Shown piece by piece: positions 1-9,687 of a stretch of 64,000 nt of DNA (within the stretch, counting starts at the first letter, position 1; each line of letters begins with the position of its first letter). The stretch lies in contig CAVWVQ010000005.1 in NCBI GenBank assembly GCA_963758525.1, forward strand, positions 64,001 through 128,000. Reading direction: 5' to 3'. Source of the stretch: an uncultured Phycisphaerales bacterium (lineage in GTDB: Bacteria > Planctomycetota > Phycisphaerae > Tepidisphaerales > Tepidisphaeraceae). The notes below the pieces were generated by a model. That model saw only the letters and a program-made list of their open reading frames with translations. It ran no database searches and had not been told where the DNA came from. Both the position numbers and the translations under genes were made by a program.

Positions 1-1
1 G

Positions 2-259
2 GGCGAGGTAATGCGATCGGAGATCGCGCTCAGCCTGCAGGTCATCAAAATTCACACAGTCGGCTCGCTGCTTCAGGCGTGGCGCAGCCCGAAGAACCAC
101 CGCAATATCGAACAGATTTTCGATTCGCCGGAACAGGCTCGCCATGCGCTGGCGACATGTGCCGCGTGGCTGGGCGTGCAGACGCTGGCGATCGCGAACC
201 CGGTCGGAGCGTGGTGGGCCGGCGACGGCCCCACGCCGCAGGCGTTCGCGCGGTTTTAG
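2..259 (+). CDS. Hypothetical protein, 3' part (open at window edge)
   Basis: Frame is open from position 2 to TAG at 257-259 and is followed by a hairpin; no motif recognised. Confidence 0.5.
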   Translation, partial: GEVMRSEIALSLQVIKIHTVGSLLQAWRSPKNHRNIEQIFDSPEQARHALATCAAWLGVQTLAIANPVGAWWAGDGPTPQAFARF

Positions 260-284
260 ACCATTCCTCGGTCCAGGGTAGCGG

Positions 285-308
285 AGCCGCGGATGCACAT
301 CCGCGGCT
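285..308. repeat. REP-like palindrome, CCGCGGATG-nn-CATCCGCGG family
   Basis: AGCCGCGGATG-CA-CATCCGCGGCT between convergent genes; related copies at 41856-41887 and 61145-61170. Confidence 0.7.
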
Positions 309-317
309 GCTGCAGTC

Positions 318-1013
318 TCACCACTGCGCCTCGTCAAACGGACTCGAAGCCGCGCGCATCTTCGGTTTGGGCTGCAGCGCGATCATCGCCTTGACGAAAC
401 TCGCGTCGGCGACGGACCCCACGCGGACATTCAGCGGCGAGCCTTTCACAATTTTCATCTGCGACGCATGCGGCTCGGTTGCGTTCTGAACCATCTGGTC
501 AAACACTTTGCGGGCGAAAACCTGCGGCGTCTGCGCCTGCATGAATCGGGAGGGCAGATGATAGGCCATCCCCGCAAACCCCTCGTCAATCTCGACCAGC
601 GCCGCGCGAACCGGCGCGGCAAGCATTACGGCATCGCTCTCCTCCGCCGCTGCCATGACGGCTTCCAGATCCGTGAACGGAACCGCCGGGCGTGCCGCGT
701 CGTGAAGGATGACGTGAGTACACTCCGCTGCGATGTTCTTTCCCGCGGCCTGAATCTGCTCCATCCATTTGGCGCCGCCAGCCACGAGCTTGACGCCATA
801 TAAGCCGAGGTTGGCGCCGAATTTTCGTTTGGTTTCTTCGGCCGATTGTTGCGGGACGACCAGTTGTATCTGCTTGACGCTGTCGCGGTTGAGAAAGATC
901 TCAACCGCCCTCAGGAGGCTCTCGCGGCCGTCGATTTTAACGTGCGCCCCGCCGGCTTCGCTCGAAAGCCCGGGCGGCGCGGCGGTGAGCAGAATCACGC
1001 TGAACATTGCCAT
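318..1013 (-). CDS. ispD: IspD/TarI-family cytidylyltransferase-like protein (divergent)
   Basis: HDAARP and QTPQVF motifs, ~230 aa; the N-terminal AAGxGxR...PKQ motif is degenerate. Confidence 0.7.
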   Translation of the reverse strand: MAMFSVILLTAAPPGLSSEAGGAHVKIDGRESLLRAVEIFLNRDSVKQIQLVVPQQSAEETKRKFGANLGLYGVKLVAGGAKWMEQIQAAGKNIAAECTHVILHDAARPAVPFTDLEAVMAAAEESDAVMLAAPVRAALVEIDEGFAGMAYHLPSRFMQAQTPQVFARKVFDQMVQNATEPHASQMKIVKGSPLNVRVGSVADASFVKAMIALQPKPKMRAASSPFDEAQW

Positions 1014-1041
1014 GGGTGTTGTCTCCAGACTCGAACGAGTC

Positions 1042-1126
1042 ATTCTGGAGGGAGGCGATGCGGTGTCAAGGCAGGGGATTTCGCCGGTGCGCGCGGAATT
1101 GACAGACCGGCCGTTGCCCCTAAAAT
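1042..1126. promoter_or_regulatory. Back-to-back sigma70-like promoters (tRNA-Ile on +, ispD-like on -)
   Basis: + strand TTGACA(1099-1104)-16 nt-TAAAAT(1121-1126); - strand TTGACA(1069-1064)-16 nt-CAGAAT(1047-1042). Confidence 0.6.
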
Positions 1127-1162
1127 CGCCCCTCCGCGTGATTGCAGGCGGCAGGTTGAGCC

Positions 1163-1236
1163 GGGCTCGTAGCTCAGTTGGTTAGAGCGCGTCCCTGATA
1201 AGGACGAGGTCACAAGTTCGAATCTTGTCGGGCCCA
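1163..1236 (+). tRNA. tRNA-Ile (GAT), CCA not encoded
   Basis: Acceptor GGGCTCG/CGGGCCC-A, D arm TAGCTCAGTTGGTTAGAGC, anticodon stem CGTCC-CTGATAA-GGACG, T loop GTTCGAATC. Confidence 0.97.
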
Positions 1237-1329
1237 TTATAAGACCCTGCTTCAACCTTCGGCTTACGGTGCGCGGATTTCGTCTGTTTCCCAACCGGGC
1301 ACGACGCCCACGGCACGCAAGGGACATCC

Positions 1330-1653
1330 ATGTCGGATGATCCAACAGCAATCCTGGAAGAGTTGGGACGAGTCATCGAGCAGATATACGCTGGCGCTTC
1401 CAGGGGAGTCGATTACTCGCCGCTGTTCAAGAGCGAGGGCCAGCCGCTGATCGAGAAGCTAAAGCGCGTCTCCAGTAATTGGACAAGCAGCGAAAATTTC
1501 CATGCCGCGATGGATGAACTCGAGCCGTGGTTCGTTGGCGACATGCGAGACCGACATCGGTTTCAGGGGAATGCGGTGCTGAAAAAATTGCGGCACTTCG
1601 TGGACGAGCACGACCGCCGTGAAGATCAAAACTGCATGTCTCGATTCAAGTGA
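1330..1653 (+). CDS. Hypothetical protein (107 aa)
   Basis: ATG preceded by AAGGGA; natural-looking helical composition; no family recognised. Confidence 0.6.
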   Translation: MSDDPTAILEELGRVIEQIYAGASRGVDYSPLFKSEGQPLIEKLKRVSSNWTSSENFHAAMDELEPWFVGDMRDRHRFQGNAVLKKLRHFVDEHDRREDQNCMSRFK

Positions 1654-1735
1654 GGCTCAGCGAAGTCAGACCGAAGGGGAAAACCGTGCCCCACGATCAT
1701 TGCGCCGAAAAGATTGGGTGCAGTTATGACGGTGC

Positions 1736-2269
1736 TCAGCGCGGCGACGTGCGCGGGGCCTGCGTGGCGGTGCGTCGCGCGGGAGCGAGCCAGTTCCAGG
1801 TTGGACGGGGAAGAAGCTTGCGAACGCGAGCCAGGACAGGTTCGCGCTTGCGCCGGTTTGGCAACGCAACGGCAATCGGCTCTGGCGCGAGGACGAGTTG
1901 TTCCGGCGACTCCAGGAGTTCTTCAAAGGTGGCGCCCAAGACGAATTGGGTGCCGCCGGTGCCGCCCGATTCGCATCGCTCGATCGCGCAGCGGATTCCA
2001 AGCGGCCGCCCGACGAATTTTGAGAGGTCGAGGATGAACTCATCAAGCGGCCGCATCGGCTCTGAGTCGAGCATCCCCATGCCCTTCACACTCATGTCAC
2101 GAATGACCACGACTTTGCCGCGCCCCGGTTTGCCGTCGATGAGAGGGATGATGGTCGCGCGCCGCCCGAACTCCACACGGGGATGCTCGCGGCGTTCGGC
2201 TTCATCATCGCTGCAATTCACGATGCAGATGCCCAAGATCGATTGAAAGATTTCTTCCGTCAGCAGCAT
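1736..2269 (-). CDS. PilZ-domain protein
   Basis: ERREHPRV (RxxxR) and IRDMSVKGMG (DxSxxG) c-di-GMP-binding motifs. Confidence 0.7.
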   Translation of the reverse strand: MLLTEEIFQSILGICIVNCSDDEAERREHPRVEFGRRATIIPLIDGKPGRGKVVVIRDMSVKGMGMLDSEPMRPLDEFILDLSKFVGRPLGIRCAIERCESGGTGGTQFVLGATFEELLESPEQLVLAPEPIAVALPNRRKREPVLARVRKLLPRPTWNWLAPARRTATQAPRTSPR

Positions 2270-2478
2270 TACATCTCCGAAATCGTGGGCGAACCTGCGA
2301 GTGCGGCCCGCAAGGACCTTCTCCATCAATCATCGGAATACGGGGCGGACGGATTGAGATCACCGCCGGACGGAAAACGGGCGTTATGGGGCGTTCGACA
2401 AGCCATCGGCTGTCACGTATTGTCTTTGCGAATCCTGGGCGTGATTGGGCTTGTGCAAGCAAGTGCATGGGAGCGTCT

Positions 2479-3537
2479 ATGAAAAGAAGCCGGCGCGTGA
2501 TGTGCGCGATTCTCTGCACCGTGATCTGGTGGACCGGCATTTCCACCAAGCCGTCACGGGCCGAAGACGTGATGGATGCTTCGACGCCGATGAGTCTTTA
2601 CGATCAACTGGTCGACGAATATATGAAGGGGAATTGGCAGGAGCTTGAAAAGCAATTCTCTCCGCGGAATAACGAGTTAGACAAGATCACCGGCCGACAG
2701 AGGCTGGACCTGAAGTACATGCGCGATGTGCTGGCTGAATCCAGGCCGGCGTGGTGGCGGCAGGCAAAGGAGAATCAGGAATTCAATTTCCGTCCGATGG
2801 TATGGGGCCGATCGCTGCGCGCGTCGTTTGATCCGGATGCCAAGTCGAACATCAACATCACGGTCAACAACGGGGTGGCGTCCGAGGCCTTGAAATGGGA
2901 CTCGGCCGACATGGACAATCCCGCTCCCGCGGAACATGGATTTTCCAAGGGAGATCTGTGCGATTTGAGCATCTGGTCGTGCGTCGGCGAGGCGGATTCC
3001 TATGCGATTGCATTGGCCCAGCTTCACACCAACCTGACGGCCGCCCAGAACCTTCAACTGCAGAGATTGATCGATTTCAACGGGAACCTCGCCGGTATCT
3101 ATTACGGAACTCCGATGGCGCGGCGGTGGGGGCTGTGGCTGTTTTGTGCCGCGTACCTGGACAAATACGCAGCTATGACGGTTGTCACCAGTCGAAAAGC
3201 GGTCGGCTCAATGTTCCTCGCGGAGATCGCCGCGCATCGCGCAAAATATCCCTCGATCAAGTTGCCGGAGACAGTGCCGGATGAGAAAATCGAAGAGAAT
3301 CTCTGCATCGCGTTGAAGAATTACATCGAGAAACATCCCTGGACGCTCGCGGAGGACAAACTCTTGCGCGAGCAGGTCAGGGCATTTGAAATGTTGAATC
3401 AGAAGAGCCTCATGCAGACCGGCGTCGTCAAGCTTCCAAACGGACTGATGCTGGCGTTGGATCCGGCTGCCGATGACGCGAACCAGAAGGCTCGCGATGC
3501 GTGGTTGAAGCATACGCTTGAGTATTCTTCCAAATGA
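2479..3537 (+). CDS. Secreted hypothetical protein
   Basis: Basic N-terminus, hydrophobic stretch and SRA-E cleavage-like site; long ORF. Confidence 0.75.
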   Translation: MKRSRRVMCAILCTVIWWTGISTKPSRAEDVMDASTPMSLYDQLVDEYMKGNWQELEKQFSPRNNELDKITGRQRLDLKYMRDVLAESRPAWWRQAKENQEFNFRPMVWGRSLRASFDPDAKSNINITVNNGVASEALKWDSADMDNPAPAEHGFSKGDLCDLSIWSCVGEADSYAIALAQLHTNLTAAQNLQLQRLIDFNGNLAGIYYGTPMARRWGLWLFCAAYLDKYAAMTVVTSRKAVGSMFLAEIAAHRAKYPSIKLPETVPDEKIEENLCIALKNYIEKHPWTLAEDKLLREQVRAFEMLNQKSLMQTGVVKLPNGLMLALDPAADDANQKARDAWLKHTLEYSSK

Positions 3538-3648
3538 CCCTGGAACCGAACGGGTCATGTCCGACGTCAATTGGAATTTCGGGCAGGCTGTCCCCTTTCG
3601 GCTGCTCCGGTGAAGGGGGAAATGGAAGGGCGCTTCGCTTAGAGCTCT

Positions 3649-4176
3649 TTAACAGCGAGAGATTTCGGCGGCTTCGTAAACGCGGGCGGCGGCCAGACGG
3701 AACCAGGGTGTGAAAAGGTCGGGGGAGTTGGAAATTTCATGCATCAGCGGATCGCGAGCGACCCATCGCCAAGCCTCGATTTCGCCCGGGTCGGGACGGG
3801 GAACGCCGTCGAATCGGCCGATCAAAACATGGTCAAATTCGTACTCGGCCAGTCCGCTGAAGGGATCCTCGGCGCGGTAGGTGAAACTGAAAATCTCCCG
3901 CAGGTCGGAGGTAAAGCCGAATTCCTCCAAAAGCCTTTGTCGGGCTGCGGCGACCACGTTTTCCCCGCGGCGGGGGTGGCTGCAGCACGCGTTGGTCCAC
4001 AAGCCTCCGAAATGATATTTCGCGTGGCTGCGGCGTTGCAGCAGCATCCCCCCGCCAGCATTCATGATGAAGACCGAAAACGCGCGATGAAGCTTCCCTC
4101 CGTTCTGATGAGCCGAGAGCTTCGACTCGACGCCAAGAAACCGGTCCGATTCGTCAACGAGTATGACATCCGGCAT
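3649..4176 (-). CDS. idi: Isopentenyl-diphosphate delta-isomerase type 1
   Basis: LHRAFSVF, LLQRRS, WTNACCSHP, EYEFDHV and FTPWF motifs. Confidence 0.95.
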   Translation of the reverse strand: MPDVILVDESDRFLGVESKLSAHQNGGKLHRAFSVFIMNAGGGMLLQRRSHAKYHFGGLWTNACCSHPRRGENVVAAARQRLLEEFGFTSDLREIFSFTYRAEDPFSGLAEYEFDHVLIGRFDGVPRPDPGEIEAWRWVARDPLMHEISNSPDLFTPWFRLAAARVYEAAEISRC

Positions 4177-4271
4177 GCGTATTTCCTTTCCGCGCTTGCG
4201 CGACCGATTATACGGCAGCGGGGCGACTGGGACGCCGCTTTGCGCGCCAAAGGCCCTTTAGGTGATCGACG

Positions 4272-5395
4272 ATGCGCCTGACTCTCCATAGCTCCGCCGC
4301 CAATCGCGCGGACGCGGAGCCGGTTTCCGCGCGTCGCACGCTCGGCGAGCGGATGGCGGTTACGACGGCGGATGCGCCCGCCAGCGCGGCACGTACGCCG
4401 GCGGCACGCATCATTTTCGCATTGACCTGTGTGCTGCTGTCGCTGGTCGTGGGCGTAGCCGCCGTCCCGCGCCCGGCCGAGCTGTTTCAGGATGTCCGGC
4501 TATTGATTCTCTTTCTTGCCATTGTTGCGTGCAGCGCGTACGGGGGCATCCTGTCGGGTCTGCTGGGAACGTTATTGGCCTATCTGGGCGCCACCGCGCT
4601 CCGCAAATATGGCGGGTTGACGTTTGGCCTGAGCCCCGCGGACTCGGGGCTGTTGGCGGCCGAGGGGCTGGCGGTAAACCTGATCGGCTGGGCGTTGGAC
4701 GTGGCGCGGGCGCGCGCTCGCCGCAAAGACGCTGATGTGCGGCAGTTGCAACGGCAAATCCTGGAGGTCGGCGACGCCGAACGGCAGCGCATCGGGCACG
4801 ACCTGCACGATGGGCTCGGCCAGCAACTGACCGGCATTTCGCTGCTCAGCGAATCGCTGGCACAGCAAGCTGCAGCGGGCAACGCGCCGACCGCGGCGGA
4901 TTTCGAGCGGGTCACCGGGCTGGCGAGCGAGGCGGTCCGCCAGACGCGCGAGCTGCGCGCAGCCTTTCGCCCCTCACTCTCGAACACGAGGGATTCGTCG
5001 CCGCGATGGAAGAGCTTAGTGGAATCGCCCGCGTGTTGTTCGGAATCGACTGCGAATGGGACTACGACGGGGACGAGATTCTGCTGGACCCCAAACGCTC
5101 GGTGCACTTGTATCGCATCGTCCAGGAAGCGGTGAGCAACGCCGTAAAGCACGGCAGAGCCAAGCGCGTACGGATCAGCGCCAGCACAAGGGGTAATGTT
5201 TTACTGCTGAATGTAGCCGATAATGGGTCAGGGCTGTCGCGCAAGACTATTACGCACCCCGGACTCGGCTTGCGAACGATGGCGTATCGTGCAAGGATGG
5301 TGGGGGCTGATCTGTCCGCAGAGCGGCTGGGCGATACCGGCGGGACGATCATTCGATGCACCTGCCACATTACTGAGCCTTCGATCGGGGCGTAG
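4272..5395 (+). CDS. Membrane sensor histidine kinase, HisKA_3/NarX type; one frameshift near 4955
   Basis: TM helices, ERQRIGHDLHDGLGQ, then in a shifted frame QEAVSNAVKHG, DNGSG and GLGL. Confidence 0.88.
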
Positions 5396-5417
5396 TCGCA
5401 TTCGGGAGTCAATTGTC

Positions 5418-6122
5418 GTGAATACAGCTCATTCGGGGGTATTGGAAAAGAAATCACGCATATTGCTAATTGATGATCATCCGATCATCCGACAGGGCTT
5501 GGCTGCGCTGATCAATGCGACGGCCGACCTCTGGGTGTGCGGCGAGGCGTCCAGCGCCGCCGAGGCGATGGAGGTGATACTCACGTCGCATCCGGACCTT
5601 GTGATCGTCGATATCTCGCTGGGCGACCGCAACGGGGTTGAGTTGATTAAGGACATCGGCGCCGCGCATCCGAAGCTTCCGTCACTGGCGCTTTCGATGT
5701 ATGACGAGACGATGTACGCGGTGCGCGTCCTCAAGGCGGGCGGCCGTGGATATGTGATGAAGCAGGAGGTGCCCAAGACGGTGATCACCGCGGTGCGGCG
5801 CGTGCTGGAGGGACACGTCTACGTCAGCGAGAAGATGGCAACGCGTCTGGTCGATCATCTGGTGCTCAACCCGCAAAGCACGACGCGCGTTCATCCGATG
5901 GCGGATTTGACCGACCGCGAGCTGGAGGTGCTGACATTGCTGGGCCGCGCCCAAAGCACGCGGGAGATCGCCGAGCGGCTCTTCCTCAGCGCCAAAACGG
6001 TTGAGGCGCATCGCGAGCGCATCAAGGAGAAATTAAAGCTGAAAAACGGCAATGAGCTGATGCGCTACGCCGTCCAGTTCACGCTCGATCACGACCGGCC
6101 TGGGAAAGAAGCCCAGGCGTAA
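5418..6122 (+). CDS. NarL/LuxR-family response regulator
   Basis: LIDDHPIIRQG, DISL, LTDRELEVL...KTVEAHRERIKEKL HTH. Confidence 0.93.
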   Translation: MNTAHSGVLEKKSRILLIDDHPIIRQGLAALINATADLWVCGEASSAAEAMEVILTSHPDLVIVDISLGDRNGVELIKDIGAAHPKLPSLALSMYDETMYAVRVLKAGGRGYVMKQEVPKTVITAVRRVLEGHVYVSEKMATRLVDHLVLNPQSTTRVHPMADLTDRELEVLTLLGRAQSTREIAERLFLSAKTVEAHRERIKEKLKLKNGNELMRYAVQFTLDHDRPGKEAQA

Positions 6123-6123
6123 C

Positions 6124-7060
6124 CTACAGCTCCCGGGCGTATCGATCCAGAGTTTCAGAAAACGACCGGGGCTCCCAGCCAAAATCGGACACAAACTTGC
6201 TCAGATCGCAGGTGTTGTCCTCCTGGCTCATCAAAACCTGGTCGCGATTGAATCCCAACAATGGCGCGATTCCCGCGGCGCAGAGAAGCTTCGCTTTCCA
6301 GACCGGAATCGGGACCACCAGCCGGTGCTTCCTGACGACGCGCAGGGCGACCGCTTCGTGCAACGCCGGCCACGTCAGTCGTTCGCTGCCGCCCAGCGGA
6401 TAGGAATGGCCGATGGTTTTTCGATTTTCCAGGCAGTCGACGAAGGCCCGCGCGACGTCTTCGACAAAGACGGGCTGCAGTTTTCCCGCTCCCCCGCGGC
6501 CCAATGGGCCTGCGCCGAAGTAGGGCATCACGGGCATGAAGAAGACCGGCGCCGGGCGCGCTTGCGCGCCCACATCGCCTCCTGCCGCATGAACGCTCCG
6601 CGAGCACCGTGGATCAACGATGGCTGGAGGATGGTCCACTCCAGCCCGCTCTGTTGAACGTATTGCTCGGCGGCGAACTTGGTACGGTGATATTCGCTTG
6701 CAGCGCCCGAGCGCGCGCCAAGGGCAGACATCTGAACGAAGCGGCCGATCCCGTTTCTGGCGGCCGCGTCCACCACGGCTCGTGTTCCGTCAACATGGAT
6801 GCGTTGGAACGTAATTCCCTCCGATGGCTTCTCCATGATGATTCCGACGAGGTGGATGACCGTCTGGCAATCCTGCATGCCGGTGTCTAGGGCCTTTGCG
6901 TCCAGAAGATCGCCGCTGATCAGCCGAAGGTTGGGGCGCGGAGCAATCGCATCGCTGCTGCGCACAGCGCGTTGATGTGAAACTGGCGTTTGGTCAGTTC
7001 CTCCAGCACGGCCGAACCGACGAAGCCGCTTCCTCCGGTTACAAACACCCGTTGCGACAT
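6124..7060 (-). CDS. NAD(P)-binding epimerase / NDUFA9-like SDR; frameshifts near 6965 and 6560
   Basis: MSQRVFVTGGSGFVG, VIHLVGII, MSALGA, YHRTK and LQPVFVEDVA spread over three frames. Confidence 0.85.
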
Positions 7061-7112
7061 CAGCCTGCTCCTTCTCGCTGGTTCAGATCAGCCGTACACT
7101 GCGATTGTAGGT

Positions 7113-8060
7113 ATGACGAGCCCGCCTCAAATGGTCCTGCGTCTCGGCACGCGCGGCAGTTTGCTTGCGCGCACCCAAAGCGCGCTGGTTGCGAGAATGA
7201 TCGAGCAGTTTCATCCGACCGTGGGCGTCGAGGAAATCATTTACGTCACGTCGGGCGACGCGATCTCCGACCGTCCGCTGCACGAAGTTGGCGGAAAGGG
7301 TTTGTTCACCAAGGAACTCGAACTGGCTCTTCTGCACGGCCAGATCGATCTTGCGGTCCACAGTTATAAGGACGTGCCTGTCACCGAGCCGCTGGTCGAT
7401 CAGCGGGAGCTGGTGATCGCGGCAGTGCCCGCGCGGGAAGATGCCCGCGATATTCTCGTGACTCAGACGGGATGCTCCATCGGCGATCTCCGCCAGGGCG
7501 CGCGCATCGGAACCGGCAGCCTGCGGCGAAGATGTCAGTTGCTCGCCTGTCGCCCCGACCTGATCATCGAGCCGATTCGCGGCAACATCGACACCCGGGT
7601 GCGCAAGCTCCGCGACGGACTCTTCGACGCGATCATTTTGGCCATGGCGGGGGTGAAACGGGCCTCGTTGTTCGATAGCGCGATCATGACACCGCTAAAC
7701 GAGGCGGTCATGCTTCCGGCGCCCGGGCAGGGTGCTCTGGCGATCCAATGCCGTCGCGACGACCAGCCGACGCGCCAACTGCTTGCCGCACTGAATGATG
7801 TGAACACACAGCAGTGCGCCCTGGCGGAGCGGGCACTGGTTCGCCATCTTCGCGGAGATTGCATGTCTCCGATCGGCGCGCATGCCAGCGTGAACAACGG
7901 CGCGATTCGACTCCTTGCCGCAGTGGGCGCCCGGGGCGGCAGCCTGCCTGTATTGCGCGCGGCGGGCGAAGCGCCGGATGCTGAATCGGCCGCGCGCGCG
8001 GTCTATAATGCACTGTCAGCACAAAACGTTGAGCAGGTGCTGCATGGCGCCGCATCGTGA
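7113..8060 (+). CDS. hemC: Hydroxymethylbilane synthase (porphobilinogen deaminase)
   Basis: LGTRGSLLA, GGKGLFTKELE, AVHSYKD, GTGSLRR, IRGNIDTR, PAPGQGALA. Confidence 0.96.
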   Translation: MTSPPQMVLRLGTRGSLLARTQSALVARMIEQFHPTVGVEEIIYVTSGDAISDRPLHEVGGKGLFTKELELALLHGQIDLAVHSYKDVPVTEPLVDQRELVIAAVPAREDARDILVTQTGCSIGDLRQGARIGTGSLRRRCQLLACRPDLIIEPIRGNIDTRVRKLRDGLFDAIILAMAGVKRASLFDSAIMTPLNEAVMLPAPGQGALAIQCRRDDQPTRQLLAALNDVNTQQCALAERALVRHLRGDCMSPIGAHASVNNGAIRLLAAVGARGGSLPVLRAAGEAPDAESAARAVYNALSAQNVEQVLHGAAS

Positions 8061-8112
8061 AACGGCCGATCTGGGCGTGTGCATTTGCCGCGTTCAGCGC
8101 GGCAATTTTGTC

Positions 8113-9610
8113 GGGTGTGACCATTTTTTTGGGAGAGGGTACAATTCCATTGGCTCCGCCCTTTTTGGCATGGAGGCCGCTATGGACCGCGAAGCGCTGA
8201 AGCGCGAACTGACGGACCAATTCCACCAATCTCTTGATCAGGCAATGGACGCCGTGCAGCGCGCTCCGGACGGGGCGTGGATCGCGGCAAGCGAATGGGA
8301 AGTGCGCGAAGTCTTTCAGAAGCTCACTGCCCAGGCGTTTGAGCGAATTTTGCAGGCGAAGTTGGATGCCGCCAAACCGGCGGCTTTTTCCCCCTCCGGG
8401 CCATGCCAAGGCGCAGAACAAGGGAACTCACGGGCTGGACGTGCTCACCGCCGGGGGTGAAGTGCGGCTGCAGCGCAAATATTTTTGGAGCGGTGAAGCG
8501 GGCGGAACGTATCCGGCTGATGCGTTGGTGGGTGTTGAGAAGTCCAATGTGACACCGGGTGCCCGAGAGCTGTGCTGTTTGCTGGCCATCGGGCAGGATT
8601 TTGAGCAATCATGCCGGGACCTGGTACGAGTCGTTGGATTGTCAGTAAGCCGCGAGCGGCTGCGTCAGATCACCGAAGCGGAAGGCAAAGAGGTGCGCAA
8701 GGCTCGCGACGAGAGCAAGTTGCCCGCGGCGTGGTCGGCGGATGATGCGAAACTGCCCGATGGGCGCAGCCGAATTTACGGAGGCGTCGACGGGGTGATG
8801 GCTCCAACGGTCACGCAGGCGGAGAAGGACAAGCGCCGTCAGCAGCACATCACTCGCCGCCAGCAAAGGGGCAAGGCGGGGGTGGACAACACCAAGCCAT
8901 TGCCGCCGGCAAAACCTGGCACTGACGAGGGCTTCAAAGAGATGAAAATCGGCATCTTCTACGATCAGGACAAGACCCACCGCCACGCGTTTGCCACTGA
9001 GAAGCTCAGCAAGGATTTTGCCCCGCTGCTGACAAGCTATTCCAAGCAGATCGGTTTTGAACGGGCGGACCAGACCATCTGCCTCTTCGACGGAGCGGTC
9101 TGGATATACCGGCAGGTCTGCCTGGCGTTGCTCTGTTTGCAGGCGATCCTTCTCGACTTTTACCACTTGGCCGAGCATGTGCATGCCACCGCGCGGCTTT
9201 GCCTGGGCGAAGGAGAAGCCGCCCGCGACTGGGCCCATGATCGACTGACCGAGGCCAAGCAATCCGCCATCCCCGCCATGCTGGAAGCAATCACGGCCCT
9301 GGAGAAGAAAGTTCGTTCACCGGCAAAGAAGCAAAGCCTGCGTGGTCTGCAGAATTACATTGAGGAACGTCGCGAGATGCTCAACTATGGACGGGCGCTG
9401 GGTGAAGGATGGGACATCGGATCAGGTCCCACCGAAGCGACGTGCAAAACGCTGACATTGCGGATCAAGCGGCCGGGCATGAAGTGGGACCGTGACAACG
9501 CCGCAGCGATGATGAACCTGCTGGCCCTGCGAGAAAGCGGCCAATGGGACCTTTACTGGGAGCGGGAATCTCGAAAGGCCGCATGACCTCCCAAAAAAAT
9601 GGTCACACCC
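8113..9610 (+). mobile_element. Complete insertion sequence, ISKra4/ISLre2-like family, 1498 bp
   Basis: Perfect 23-bp TIRs GGGTGTGACCATTTTTTTGGGAG (8113-8135, 9588-9610); 8-bp TSD ATTTTGTC (8105-8112, 9611-9618). Confidence 0.95.
8170..9586 (+). CDS. ISKra4-family DDE transposase in two ORFs (8170-8460 and ~8390-9586)
   Basis: VDGVMAP, FDGAVWI, LDFYH (DxxH), IGSGPTEATCK, GMKW; the frames join at TTTTTCCCCC 8385-8394. Confidence 0.88.
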
Positions 9611-9636
9611 ATTTTGTCAGAAACTCGTGATTCATA

Positions 9637-9666
9637 TTGACGGCGGCATCCCGCGCCACTTACCAT
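9637..9666 (+). promoter_or_regulatory. sigma70-like promoter of the downstream regulator
   Basis: TTGACG(9637-9642)-18 nt-TACCAT(9661-9666). Confidence 0.5.
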
Positions 9667-9687
9667 CGTGTGTGCGCCAGTTTGACC

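Noticed and set aside
1163..1700. tRNA-anchored prophage or island
   Set aside because: No integrase and no duplicated tRNA 3' end seen; only one small hypothetical gene follows
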